Assembly (NCBI GenBank): GCA_047495785.1 | Contig: JBLDXI010000001.1 | Span: forward strand, 2,728,001-2,792,000 | DNA from: Lepidodermella squamata | Taxonomy: Eukaryota; Animalia; Gastrotricha | Length of the DNA: 64,000 nucleotides | Direction: 5' to 3' | Shown: one piece after another, positions 35,101-48,744 of the stretch | How positions within the stretch are numbered: the first letter of the stretch is position 1 | Layout: each line of letters opens with the position of its first letter | Program-made: the position numbers and the translations under genes | The notes under the pieces: model-generated | What the model was told of the DNA's origin: nothing | Seen by the model: the letters and a program-made list of their open reading frames with translations, nothing else | Database searches by the model: none

Positions 35101-37844
35101 TAGGCGGGCTAAGGATCGGGTCGTAGTCGGTCCATTTCGGTAAACGCACCGATTTGCACTGCTCTTCGCTCGGCCAATCGAAATCTTCAAAATACAGCGG
35201 CTTTTCGTAGGTCGACCACGCCCGATATAGCCAACGTGGCCCAATAAAATCTGGTTCCGTAAACTTATTGACTCGACCTGGTAACCTCGACACAACAGGT
35301 CTCACTTTTCTCGGATCAGCGTATTTACCAATGCCAAGTTTCGCCTCGAGTTTATCAGCCCAGAATGGTTGATGGTCAGGTGGCAGGAATGGGCTCGGGC
35401 ATTTTATACTCGACATAGGGTCGGTACTTTCAGCGTACTGGCAATACGTGATAGTACCTCGTCTCCGCTCAGTCTCCACCCAGTTCTTGTACACAATTTC
35501 TTGAACGGCGGCGAATTCGTCCGAAACTTGCTCATCCCGCATCTTACTGATTGTCCGCTGCAGTGCCATGAGCCTGGCTTGTTTAGATCGCAAGAGTGCT
35601 AGGGCAGATTCCCATTCTTTGGCTTGTTTGTTCAATGCAGTTACTAGAGCTTGACGGCACCGAACAGCGTGTAGCCGCAGTTGGGCTGAGGCGACGAGGC
35701 GGGGCTGAAGTTGTAGTGAGGCTTCGTAGTGGCGCGAGGCCTCGTCGTCGCGTTCGAGTGACGCCAATATGTTGGCGAGGGTAAAATGTAAAACACTAAG
35801 ACCGGGGCTCAGATCGAGCGCCCATTGCACGACGATCGCCGCGTCGTCAGACTGGCCATTGCGGTGCAGAATATTGCCAAGATTCAATAGAGGCTCTGAT
35901 TTGTATTTTCTGCAAGCAAAAGAAAAATCCATGATTTTTCCGAAAATGCAAGAATTCGAAATAATTGCGAACATTAAAGAAAAATTGCAAACAAAAACCT
36001 TCACATTTTCTCAGTCTAGGAATAATAAAATCCTTACGATCACAAATTTTGATAGATTCTACTTTGCAGCCAGAACAATTCAATATTTACGCAAGCTACT
36101 ATCCTTATCAAATTCGACTATCTAAATCCCAAATTTGGAGGATCGAATTGGGATTCATTTTGCCCAATCTTCAACAATCATCTCTTCCGAAGACGACTCT
36201 GTTTTACCATTTCCGACATTTCCGGAAAATAGTTGTTCACCAACTTTTTAGATAGATACCAAATCGTTCGTGGCGCGGAAGAACAAGCACTTCAAGCAAA
36301 AACCTAGTGCTAATGATGGGGTATTTTTTGCTTGAAGTGCTGGTCTTGTTTAGATTGCTTGTTCTTCCGCGCCACGAACGAAATATTTTTCAAGGGGCTT
36401 AGTTTTAGCGGAACCAAATTTTGTAATTTTCAATGGACCTAAATCTACTCTTCGAAACTTTCAAGGATATCAGGATTGATGACCATAATTTAGAATAAAT
36501 AATTATCTTCTAATTCAGCGGAAAATGCTGCATAAGACGCATTCTTTACTATAGAATAGATACATTGCCTGAATTTTGCATATTCGAACATATTCGAAAA
36601 GCGAGCCTTGGCTTATCTAAAAAATTAGGTTCCGCAACCTGCAGACTTGGTTCCGCTACAGTCAAATTTAGTTCCGCTCAAATATATTTGGTTTTTTTAT
36701 ATGTTTTATTTATAATGGGTCTGATAATCAACATCTTTCTTTTTATTTCCCCATAAATACTAAGTATTTTAAAATTCCCGATTCAATTCATAGAGCGTAA
36801 ATATAGACAATTTGTTCCGCTACCAGGTGAATAATTTAGCTCGCACTTGACATCGGACAATTTTTGTCCTACTAACCCGGTTAAAAAAAACAATCATTCA
36901 TTTATTTTCAATACCAATACCGCAACTACTGGTAGTTCTTTTGATAAAATTATGGTACATCCACTTACGTTGGGGCGTAATGAAGAGCTCGACGAAGGCA
37001 TTCAATAGACGCAGATGTATTCCCTTTCATTCTCCAGAAAAATGACGCCATCGAATAAGCTACCCAAGATTCTTGGTTCTGAATACATAGACAAATTTAG
37101 TAAGGCGAAAGGTTCAATAAAAACACGTCATACCCTTTTCAAAGTTTGCTGAATAGCATGTCCGAATTGGTCGACGGTCATTCCAGGCGGTACGACAACG
37201 CTCCTGAGTGCAGTCTCGGAAATCGAGGGCATTTTCTTGCGATTGCGTATACTCGACAAGTGTTCCATCGAATGCATAGAAAAGTCCATTTTGTGAGCCC
37301 AACACTTCGGTTCCTGGTACGGATTGGCCGGCTGTTGTTGGTGCAGCTTAGCTGACCCGCCTTTACCCGACGAAGGTGACAGCGACGTAGTAGCCATGTC
37401 TAATACACTGTGAACGTTGATATGATCCTCCAATTTCAAACCATAATGACTGAGCGGTAAAACAGTTGACGTGTAAAAATCAAATTCGTAGACAGGCTTG
37501 CCGGCCGCTTTGCAGTTGTCATCACTCTCCATCACCTCCTTTTGCAGGGACCAGATGTCGGTTTCATCGAGTCGAACACCTTCCTTAGGCTGCAGATCTT
37601 TAAGGTGGTCGCGGACGCTTTTCATTTCATTCGCGCGGTCCATTTGCTGAAACACCGCGGCCAGGTCGTAAGGCCGCCGTAGGGCAAATGCCGAGTCACG
37701 TGACGCTTGAATTCGGCCCCGTTCCGTCACTACCCAGTGCGTCATCGCATTGACGCCGCAAACAATCGTCAGAACAACGGTGATCAGGTGCAGGAAGAAG
37801 TCGGCGCCGCTTGAGGGGCATTTCATCATTGACAAGCGGACCAT
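32172..37844 (-). CDS. TTC17: Tetratricopeptide repeat protein 17; exons 37844-37134, 37078-36969, 35909-32660, 32375-32172
   Basis: Signal peptide followed by THWVVTERGRIQ...FALRRPYDL, FSMHSMEHL, SFFWRMKGN...CLRRALHYAP and repeated YWR..G...A..CL TPR modules. Confidence 0.9.
36264..36381. repeat. Short fold-back (hairpin) element in a TTC17 intron
   Basis: 26-bp perfect inverted termini TCGTTCGTGGCGCGGAAGAACAAGCA / TGCTTGTTCTTCCGCGCCACGAACGA, plus an inner inverted pair AGCACTTCAAGCAAAAA / TTTTTGCTTGAAGTGCT. Confidence 0.8.
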
Positions 37845-38152
37845 TTCTTTCTAGGTTGTTCAGTACGTGTGAATATCGAACAAGAAATAGCCACAACAGC
37901 TCACATTGCTAAATTAATAATTCAACTCTAAAAATAAGAAAAAGTCCAGAAATTGTAGAAAACGGTCGTTGGTATTTTTAAATACCGAGGCAAAAATCAC
38001 AGCTTAAAACTGGAGAAAAAGTTCAAACCGGCAGATTGAAAAAAAGAAATAGAAAACCCAGATTAAACACGAAAAATTCCACCTTAATCCCTCGAAATCA
38101 CTAATTTTAAGAGTTTAAACTGGGTTTCCTGAGAGGCAAGTTTAATCAAAAT

Positions 38153-40689
38153 TTAGGTGCGTTTCGGCGCATTATCGGCCGTCATTGAAAGCGAATATTG
38201 GCCACCGCTGAAATTCAACTGACCAGCAGCCACCTTACTGTCGAGAAATATCTTCAACTGAGCGGCTGTCATATCAGGCGGTGAGTTGTTGGCGACTGTA
38301 AAAGCTCGCAGCATTTGAACGATGCGTTCCAAGCTCAACGTATGCAAATTCGTCAAAATTCCGACAACGTACAACCAGAAAACTTGCAGTTCTTGCTCCT
38401 TTTGCCGCGCGACTGAAACTGTCATCGCAGCTTCGGCCTGCTCACCCTCGCCGCCATTCGCAGACGCGGACATGGCTGATGTGATGATGTCTCCTGTGGC
38501 GGATGCGCCGGTTGACGGTCGTCTCGAGACGAGTTCAAAAATTTCCGGTTCAACCTCTTGTAGAATCTGCCGACCCATCCAATAGACTAAACGTTGGCGG
38601 CAAACTGGAGTGGGCAATTCACAAGCGGCTGCCAATTCAGCTAGCGACCACTTAGGCCTGCGTGAGAGTAAAAAAATTTCGTATTAAATATTTAACAAGA
38701 TGGGTGTTTTTCTTTGAATAAATAATGATACCCCGTATGTAATTTTGTATTCGAAATGCTGCTAAAATGAACATTTTCGAGCGAAACAAGCGAGAAATTT
38801 CATACAAATTCGTCGAACTATGAGGCTGTACAGCTAATTCTTCTTTTGAAGTAAAAGCTAGCTAACGTGACTCAATTTTCTATCATCAGCTGAACATAAC
38901 ACTATAAAGGCATCTTGACTTAAAACCCCACTCACTTTTCAAAAAACATGTAGAGAAGGACGGCATAGACCGGCGTGGCTGACACCTCAAGCTTAGACCC
39001 ATCGTTGTACTCCAGTTCGAGGGTAACACTGCCACAATGAGCCTGCCAGTCGATGGCACGTTGGCGCTTATGAGAAGGGAACGCCTCGGCCAGGGACCGA
39101 AGAACAGCATCCATAGATTCGGGTAGATGCAGATTGTCCTCCTTTAACGGTGGCCAATATTGGTCTGAGATGATGAGGAATGAAAACGCGATTCCGGGGA
39201 ATTTTCGAAGAGGGCCGCAGCTCGGGTCTGTTACCAAACTGCTGGTATTAGCCGAGTTCCACGCCGCGGCGAAAGATTCAGAATTTTGGACGTCATTCAA
39301 CATTACATCACAGTTCGACAGGGTAGAATCACCCACGACGCGTTTTAACAGATCCAACTGGGCTTGTTGTTCGGAAATCGGGCAATTAGCCCCGGCGTCA
39401 GTGGTTAGCAACCTCTCGGCTAGAAGATTCGTATATTCGACAGCAAACGCCTTTCTCGAGCCGAATATTGAGACTAGCGAGTCGACAACATCACCGCCCT
39501 TTGGTAACAGGTTTCGATGTCTGGGTTCAGGGCGCCATTGCCGCCAAGCTGCGTCGAAATCTTCGCCCTGGTCGGTCATCGAAAGGCTACTCAGAATTTG
39601 AGGATCGTCTATTAGGCACTGAACAACAGCTCGAATAGCATCGGCGCGGAGGCGAAGGTATTTTTGGAAGAGTAGAACAACGTGATCGGTGAAATAGCCG
39701 CGAGCCACCTTATCGAGTACGGAAAGGCCTCGAACCAGTTGAACATACGTCGATAAGACCTCGGCAGTCGGGACTCCAGGGTTGAAAACCAGGGTTTCAA
39801 TATCGGATGCCAATCTCTTCAGGAGTTTCGGGCTGAAATTTTTATCCGCTTCGAGAAGTGAAGCCAGATCTTTCAGAGCAGCTTCGGAAGACGGGTAGCG
39901 AGATAAAGTTCGATACGCAGTTGCCATATGCATATTAAACGCGACTTGTTTGAACAGTCGCGGAATAGAATCGCACGAAAAAGCGAGTGGTGATTCGGCG
40001 AAGGAAGGCGCGGCTTGAGCGATGAAGTTCAAAAAAGCTGTGCACAGATCGATGAAAGAGTCAACTGTAGGTTTTATTGCATTTCCGGAATACGTTGCGG
40101 TGAAAAGCGACGCCGATAGATTCAACGTGATGAAATTAGAAAAAACCTCGCTGAGATCAGCAAACGCTTCCAGGCAGAACCCGCAATCGCTGAGAAGAAA
40201 CGTCAAAGTTGTTGATGTTAGCGATAAAATTTCCGGGCAGAAACATGATGCAGTTACGCAGAACTCGGTGTGGACGCTCAAATTCGACGAAGAATTCGCG
40301 AGAGCTGACAACGCATTAGTCAGCATGTTTTCGACGATTTTATTCAAATCAGCCGGCGGATTGCAGATCAAAACACCGCCGGCGTATTTGAGCAGTTCAG
40401 CGTTGTACTGTTCTGGGTTTGGTAGACCGCAATCGTTGAGAACTGCGGTGATATTTCGGCGAATCGCGTTGAACATTTCAACAACTTGCCGCATTCGCAG
40501 CAGTTTGTCATCGAAAGCACCGGATCGCTGGAAACCACCGATGAGCTGTTGAATAATGCGACCGATTCGTTCTTTCGAAGCTTTTAGCGTCGCCTTGACC
40601 GGCGTTGCACCGGGCATTGATTTCAACAAAGCGCTGAGATTGGGGTTTGTTGCCATGGCTAGCGATAGCGGCGCGGCTATTTCAGTCAT
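38153..40689 (-). CDS. ANAPC2: Anaphase-promoting complex subunit 2 (cullin-like); exons 40689-38936, 38657-38153
   Basis: Motifs FNPGVPTAEVLSTYV, YLRLRADAIRAVV, WRPEP, DVVDSLVSIFGSRKAFAVEYTNLLAERLL and CDVMLNDV; C-terminal winged helix FWLYVVGILTN..LSLERI. Confidence 0.92.
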
Positions 40690-42120
40690 CCTGATAAGGT
40701 GAAAAATGCAACATTAGTGAAAACTTTTCGGGCAAGATGACTAACTGCTAGTAATTATCATGCCGCGCGTGAAAGGTGAGCAGGCTGCGTAGGACGAAAC
40801 ACGTTAAATTAGTGCAATCGATAGATAGTGTACAGCCTTCAAATCAATGAAGCTGCTGCAGCGACGCCACGTCAGCAGTGCGAAATGCGATAGGTCTGCC
40901 TATCAGCCTGACCGCTTGCAATGATTGGCATACATGTACGCAGGTAAAAAGTGGCGACTGTGCCGTGCAATAATCAGAATAATAATATAGCTCGAGCATT
41001 GAGGCGGAAACACCACATTTTTATGACAAATATCGGAGGTTGCTATGCGCACATTCGCGAAGACACGCTCAATCGATAACCCGCGTGCGCCAAAATACCT
41101 ATAGCTCAAATAATGCCGGCGCAGTCAGTGATTCACCGCGCGAGGAAAATTCGATAAAAACAACTACTTTTCCGCAATAATTAAACAGTAAAAATCACCA
41201 TATATGTGCACGCGCACTTTACCTGCATTTTTCCTGGTAGATAGCGAGCTCGGTAGGTATATTTGTAGTGAGTCACCTTAATGCATCAGCGCGACGTGTT
41301 TATCTTCCGATCTATACATATATATACACGCATCCATCTCTCTACTGCAAAAACAATATTGCGAAAAATTAATCTAGGGAGCAAGGGGTCGTGTCTCTTA
41401 GAGATAGTGAATAGGCGAAAAATTAAGCGCCGACAGAAATTTTTCAGTATAAGCACACAGTCCGAAAAAAAAACAGCGCGACCATAAAATGAAAAATAAG
41501 CATGACTCATATCGCAAATGAAAGAAATAACTTTAGGTTTCGGTGCATGAATTCTACTATATGCATTACTATTGAAAAGCTGAACAAACATATTATAGTC
41601 GACTTACCTCAACCGCCCAAGTAGCCGGTCAGTTAATTAATTATATCAAAGATTAGATCTAATAATGCAGAAAAAAATGATGTTCATGAATTTTTTCATA
41701 AATTAATTTAACAAGTCGATTTTAAAATTCCGATTCTCAATCGCGGATATACAAATTTCAAAAAATTAACAATATTCAACCGATTGCCTTTCACCCTTTT
41801 CAGTAATCATTGGAAAAATGTTCATTGATTCAATATCATATTAGGCAGCTTTTATATATACAGCGAAGAAATTAATCGTCGAATTTTTTGTAAAAAAAAG
41901 CCTCGATATTTCTCAACGTTCGCAAAGGTAATTCGCATCAGGCCGAATCATTTAAGCAAAAATAGCGGTGGAATTCAGCACAAACATCATCCGTCATAAA
42001 TCACACCGGCTTTCATGTGTAGGGCAGAATTGAGCATAAGATAATCATTGCATTATACAGTTACAATTAATATTGCGAAATCACAAGTAGAAGCACAATT
42101 TGAACTATTTAGCGTTCTAT

Positions 42121-45100
42121 TTATTTCTTATTGGCAAACCAATCATCCTCGTCGTCATCGTCATCGTCGCCAAAAAGAGCCCCGCCTCGGGTAGTAGGCA
42201 CAGGCGGTGGAGGCGCTTTGTTGTTCGCGGCTTCGGGTGACTCATCTTGGTCGTCGATTTTACTTTGGTCCAACAGTGACAAATTGTTATCGCTATTATT
42301 TGCTGGCAGTTTTTCAGCGGTAGGAGCTGGAGCTGGAGGCATTGCCGAAAACATATCCTGCAATCAATACAAATTAAATTATAAAAATGGGAGAAACGAC
42401 TTACAAAGCACAAAAAATACGATTAGGTGTTGAAAAAATATTAAATTGCGCGCAGAAAAAATGAAATAAAAAATTGAGGCGCGTGCGAGGTCGCGAGCCA
42501 CCAAAATAGCGCTCCGAAATAGCACGTGTTCAGAAAATTGATGATAACCTCAATAATCGAAATTCTGAAATCAAATTAGCAGCCAATTTGTCAACAGGTT
42601 GAAGCCTTGATAGCTAATTCTAGGCTCAGAATAATTTCGTACAATTAGGATCAAGTCCAGTTCTGAACTTTGGCGAGGGCGGTCGTACGACAATCGAGTA
42701 GGCTCGCTCAAATACAAGCGCCTGTTTCAACAAAGGCCTAAAACGCCGCCAAAAACTTGCACCGAATATGCGTGAATAAGGCAATTAAAAATATGAAACG
42801 CATTATCTTCAGTTTTTTTCACTAAACTGTGAAATTAAAAATACAACATGGGTGCGCAAGGAGGACTGAAATAGTTTGACGTATATTTTGGTTAATAGTT
42901 CAAAAAAACGTGACTCGAAATAGAGATGAAACTTGAGATGGATAGCATTCAATCGAAGAAATATATACCTCCATGTCTGAATCAGAATCGTCGCCGAAGA
43001 GCGATTCTTTTTTCTTTGACGGTTCTTCCTTCGGAACTGAAGATTCAGTGGAGGATTCAGGCTGCGCGGTGTGTTCCTCTTCGTTTGATGGAAGCTCCGG
43101 TTCTGGTGCCGCTGCGGGTTCCGGCTCCGGCACCGGCTCCGGCTCCGGCTGGCTGGGCTCTTCTTTCTCCTCCGGTTCGGGGAGCGATTCCTCTACAGGG
43201 GGAGGATTGCTGGAAGACAAAGGATCTTCAGGGACTTCTTCCTGAATCGCCGGCGGCTCGTCAACTTCCTCAGACTTATCCTCGGAAATTTCTTCAACTT
43301 TCTCCTCGACAGCGGGAACTTCCGGTGTTTCTAGTTGTTCAACTTCAGGAGTTTCTGATTGCTCGACTTGCTCGTCAGCAATCTCATCAGACGCCTGGTC
43401 GCTATTTTCTTGATTTTGCTGCGAAGGGGATGGTTCTGGAGTCTCCATTGTGACTTGCAATGGATCAAAGGCAGGAGGCTCGTTACGCTCATCGTCAGCG
43501 GTTTCTTGATCCTCCTCAACATCAGGGTTACCCTTAGCATCCTCGGGCACAACATGATCACGATGGACAGGAGTGATAGTGGGCTCCTCGGTGGCACCTT
43601 CGGGTGTTATATACACAGGAGCAATACCGCGGGGATAATCGCTCGAATCCTCATCTTGCTGTGGCTCATATTCTCTAGCGTCGTTTTCTTCTTGAAGTGA
43701 ATGATCGGAAACATCTCCATTTTCAACAACAGCGTATGACGACCCCTCGCTGTCCCTGGCAGTTGGTTCCGGGGGCTGTTCCTCATTTACCTCCGGTTTC
43801 TCTGGCTCCGCTGGCTCAGGAGGCGCTTGTTTTTCATGAACTTCATTGATTAAGGTGGGGGCAGCGACAGGTACTGGGACTTCCTCCCTTTCGATGGCCT
43901 TAGCGGGTGGGACAACCGCAGGAGCAGCAGAATTTCCACTCAAGAAGTTCAAAGTAGTCTGCTTAATGACAGCTAGCAACGTTTTCAGCACCTCTGCGCC
44001 TAAGTATTCACTCTCGTTCGAAATGGAGCCTCTCGAGGACTGATACACCTGGTTCATTATCGTTTTGACTTGCTTCGAAACTTTTGCCTCGACATCAGCT
44101 GGCGATAACGCTGATTGGAATTGCTCACGTTCTTGCGCAATTTGAGCTTCGTGCTGCTCGCGCATTAATTGCATTTTCGACTTGAGGGAGGAATTAACCT
44201 GTTTTGAGTCATCAAGCTGTCGCGTCAAGTCTTGAACTTGCGACGTCAAAGCATGAACTTCGGCAGATTTTGCGCGCAAATCCTGACCAACTCGCTCACG
44301 ATCGGCAATAATTTCCTGAATTTCGCCCATTTTCGCCTTCAATTGCTCGCTGAGACGATCGCCGTTTGATCGCGATACTAAAATATCGTTCTGCAACCGG
44401 CTGATTTCGTCTTCGAGGGATCGAATTCGACCAGATGAAGCAGTTTGGTCTTCACTAGCCTTGCTAAGCAAATCTGTTAGACTAGAATCCTTGGCGGATA
44501 GAGCTGCTTGGGTCATTTCAAGTTGCTTCTTCAAATCCGCGATTTCGGTTTGAAGAACCGCAACACGACGCCTTTCGGTCGTTAATTCACCCGTAGCCAG
44601 CGACTCTGAATCTTTCGCAGCGGCGGCTTCTTGCTGCATTTTCTTGACAGATTCAGCCGATTCTTCAACGGTTTTCGCAGCGGCCGCGACTGATTCTTTC
44701 ATCGAAATCACTTCGTTACGTAAATCAAGCTCAGCACGTCGTTTTTCTGCGACCAACAGGTGGAGATCGCCGACTTCAGCGGTTAGCGTGCTAACTCGCA
44801 GGGCAAGAGCAGCTTTTTCTTCCTCCAATTGCAAAACGCGACCCGCCGTTTGCGCAGCCGAGGTTGAAAGCGCGTCACTTCTATCTGAAAGAGCTCGGTT
44901 CGACTGTTCAATCAATTTTTGCTTATCGATAAGCAACTCGGAGACGCGTAAATTCAAGTCTTCAATTTTCGACTGGCGAGCTTTCAAATCTTCACGAAGC
45001 CGCTCTTCCTCGGCAACCATGCGTTGCAGGGCTCCGAGAACAGCTCGGCCGTCCAGCGTTCCACCCGCGACTTCAATAGCAGCTGAAGACTGAATCGAAT

Positions 45101-46524
45101 GCTGATGTTGCTGCTCGATTTTTTGTCCGATATTATCAAGTTTGTCCTGCATTTTCGACAGAGCAACCCGCATTTCTGTACTGTTTTGCCGCGTTTCCAT
45201 GAACAAAACGCTCCATTCGGGCCGCTGAGCCTCTTGCTGCTGCGGTATAGGACTAGCAACCTCCTGGACATACTGCTGTTGCTGTGGCGTGTAAACGGGC
45301 GATTGATATAAAGCGACCTGCTTACTGGTAGCTAAGGCCGTTTGAGGTACTAAAGTGGGTATCGCCACTCCGGTAGCACCAATCATAACCCCGGGAGTAC
45401 CAGGTACCGCAGTTTGGGTCCGGTAGACCGGCGGTTGCTGTTGTTGCTCAGTTTTCGCTCGCCTTTGCTTCGAAGGAGAGGATGTTGGCACTGAAACACT
45501 CTCAGAATCTGAGTAGCCCTCCTCCTGTTCACCATGCTGTCCACCCGCTGGTTCAGGACCGGGAAATACGTGCTGGCCTAACTTAGCCATTCTCGATAGA
45601 ATACCACCCCGGCCTGATGATTGAGACGAGTCCAAATCACCCGCAATCGATGGCTCAGCAGCAGACCTGGAAGACGGGCCTTTCGCTCTCAGAACAGTAA
45701 CGTCATAAACCAGGAAATTTCCGTCATTCTGTAACTGGGCAGCGATCCTGCGACCGCCAGGAGTTGCCATTCCAACAACAATTTGACTCAAGCCAACTTT
45801 AGCCGCGGAAGCTTTCAATTTAAATTTCTGCTCCGACTGACTTTGAACCGCGGTACTAGCACCATTTGAGGCTAAATTGAACGCGACATAGTTACATTCG
45901 ACCTTGTAACCGTCAGCGATAACTTCGGGATTTTCCCCACCGAGCAACACGTCTTGTAAAACCAATGTCTGCTTCGCATTCGATAACGTCCTGGCTACGG
46001 TGATTTCGAAACAAAATTTCGCCAGGCTATCGGGCGTGTCGAAGCGGGCGGCCCAGTTGCAACCGGTATCGTCGTAGAATGAGCCGTAATTATCGGCGCG
46101 AACAATAAATTTGAACTTTTCTCCGACCATGGTTAGAGTCAGCGGTAATTTCTCGCCTTTTGGACCTTGTTTATACATGATGAGGATATATTGCCGGGAG
46201 GCGGCGACTCCGAGCAACGAAATGCCGACTTTCCCTTGTGACTGGTATTGGTCGCCTACGAATTTGAAGCAATCGACAGCCATAGCGACCATGGGCTTGG
46301 CTTGAGCTAACAAAGCAGCTGCTTGGTTGGTAGCACCAGTATTTTGCTGAGCTTGGACTTGTTGCGTTGTTGAGCTTATCGAAGCTGAAGCCGGTCTCGC
46401 CGAGCCAAACGGGACTGCGGCCAATCCAGATGTCGGACTATGAAAAAACTATTATAACAAAATCCTCCTTAATTTTTAAGAAAACTCACCCAGAAAAGTC
46501 AACGTCGTCATCCTCGTACGACAT
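42121..46524 (-). CDS. FKBP15: FKBP15-like protein (degenerate FKBP domain, coiled coil, acidic tail); exons 46524-46490, 46437-42969, 42357-42121
   Basis: N-terminus DDDVDF, YGSFYDDTGCNWAARF, FMETRQNSTEMRVALSKMQDKLD, VKTIMNQVYQ and C-terminus LFGDDDDDEDDWF. Confidence 0.88.
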
Positions 46525-46654
46525 GACACACAAAATTCAATCAAAAACTAAAAATTGAAAAGTTGATTGTACATCTTTGAGTATATCATATATTTCTTAT
46601 AAATGAAAGCCTATGGAGGTAGAAGAGCAGAAAAATAAAACAATTATTCATCTA

Positions 46655-48613
46655 CTAGGATGCTCGAACACCAGTAGCAGCTCTGTTGATTGCGTCCATA
46701 AGTTTGTTTTCGTCAACATCTTCAAAGATATCGCCCTTTTTTGACGACGTTTTCACTTGCAGTTTAATGTTACGATCAAATTGTTTGTTATTATTGTCAA
46801 CAATGCGATCGCCAACAATTCGAACCTCCGAATTTTTACCAATCATTTTCAAGTCGTGAGCCGCGGCGAGACGGTCGATAACTTGCCGTTCGACTTCGTA
46901 TTTAATCGAACGAGCGCCGTAGTGAACGTTGTAGCCATCGGCGAGAATGTCGAGAGCTGAGCGGTCCCAGGTTAGTTTAATTTGATGGCGTTTCAGCGCC
47001 CGGTCGGCCCATAGATTGAGTTCTTTCGCCACCAATTGCATCAATTCACGACGGCTGAATGGCAAAAAGTAGACGAATTCATTGATTCTTCCCAGAAATT
47101 CGTCCCGTTTGAAATGCGACTTCAATATCGGTCGAATGACGTTTTCTTTGAATTTTTTCGAAACCCAAACAGGCTGAGGCTCGTCTGACGAGCTCTCTGC
47201 CTCTTCCAACACCTGCCTTCCGTCATTTTCATCGCGCAATCGTTGGGAATAGCTGGCAATTTCGTCACTGGCTAGATTGGACGTCATGATGAAAATTGCT
47301 TTCGTGCAAACGATTGTCTTCCCTTTGCCATCAGTCAAACGACCTTCGTCGAAAAGTTGAAGTAAGACTGTCAGAACATCAGGATGAGCCTTTTCAATCT
47401 ATAAAAAAACGTCAATTTCGCAATTTTGAATTTTGGGAAGTCTCACCTCATCAAAAAGCACAATGGAATTCGGAAACGCCTCCAATTTTCCGGTTAATTG
47501 ACCGCCTTCATCGTGGCCGATATATCCAGGGGGAGATCCTATTAACCGCGCAACACTGTGCTTTTCCTGGTATTCAGACATATCCAAGCGAATGAAGCCT
47601 TTTGTACCAGAACCGGTGTCTTTATCAGCATCTTTTTTCGATTCTTTCGAAGACTTTACCAAATGCACTGCAACTTGCTTGGCAAGCTCGGTTTTACCAA
47701 TACCGGAAGACCCGAGGAATAACATGACTAGCGGGTGCTCGTCATCAGCCCAGCCCGACTGCCAGCGTCGAATAGCTGCTGATACAGTTCGAATCGCCGC
47801 CTCCTGCCCGACTAAACTTTCCCGCAATCGCTTCTCTAAGGGGTATCTCAAACGTTCAGCCGCCTCTAATTCATGCTTTTGACTGTCAAATTTCGTTTCA
47901 TATTCAACCAAACGATCGTGTAAAGCATCGTCTAATACGTAATCTGAGGGCCGATAGCCCATGTCATTTTCTATGGTAGGATCGGCGCCTGCGTCCAATA
48001 ACGCTGCGATTATGTGTTCATTTTTCACATTCACAGCATAATGAAGGGCGGTACAGCCGCGAAATGTAGTTCGGTTCGTATTAAGGTGGTACCGATCCGA
48101 GAATTCAGCATCTCGCCAAAGCATAATTTCCAGCGGCGAAACTCCCAATTCCTGCGCTTTGTCGTAAATGTTAGTGAAATAATCGCCGAGGTTAGGGTCA
48201 GCGCCGGCTGATAACAGCGCAACTATGGCTTCGAAATGACCCGACGCAACGGCCAAATGTAACGGAGTCCAGCCGAGTTGGTGGCGGCAATTTACGTCCA
48301 CGTTACCCGACGCCACAATCTGCTTAATCTTGTCAACAGAATTGCTTCGAACGGCTTCAAATAATTGTTTCTCATTGCCAGAATTATCGTTATTTTTCCG
48401 CCGATTCTTACGTGGAGGAGGTGGAGGCTCCAAGAATGACGCTGCCAATGTGACAAAACCTAGTCCGGTAAGCAGCTTCAACCGATTTTTCGGCGGATCT
48501 CTCCTTTCCCTATTTCTGTTGCTCCATTTATACGACGCGTAGGACAATAACCGTGGATTGCTCCGAGTTGACCGAAGAGCTGAAAGACTTCTTGATACAA
48601 TACGACTTAACAT
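46655..48613 (-). CDS. CLPB: Mitochondrial disaggregase CLPB/Skd3 (ankyrin repeats plus AAA+); exons 48613-47447, 47398-46655
   Basis: Arg/Ser-rich presequence, [12 protein letters not shown], Walker [37 protein letters not shown] and [12 protein letters not shown]. Confidence 0.96.
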
Positions 48614-48744
48614 TTCTAGAAGAATACGAAAAAATTCGGCGTAATTTTTCTTGGAAGAACGACACTTTTTCTTGGAATGCTCATCTTAAATTTTCGCGCG
48701 TAACGACGCAACATTTTTTGTAGAATTTATGATAGGTTTCTATT

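Noticed and set aside
40700-41640. ANAPC2 upstream acceptor (1 nt before the ATG) as proof of trans-splicing
   Set aside because: Minus-strand consensus donors exist upstream (near 41222 and 41607) in a 1.4-kb gap, so a cis-spliced 5' UTR is equally possible.
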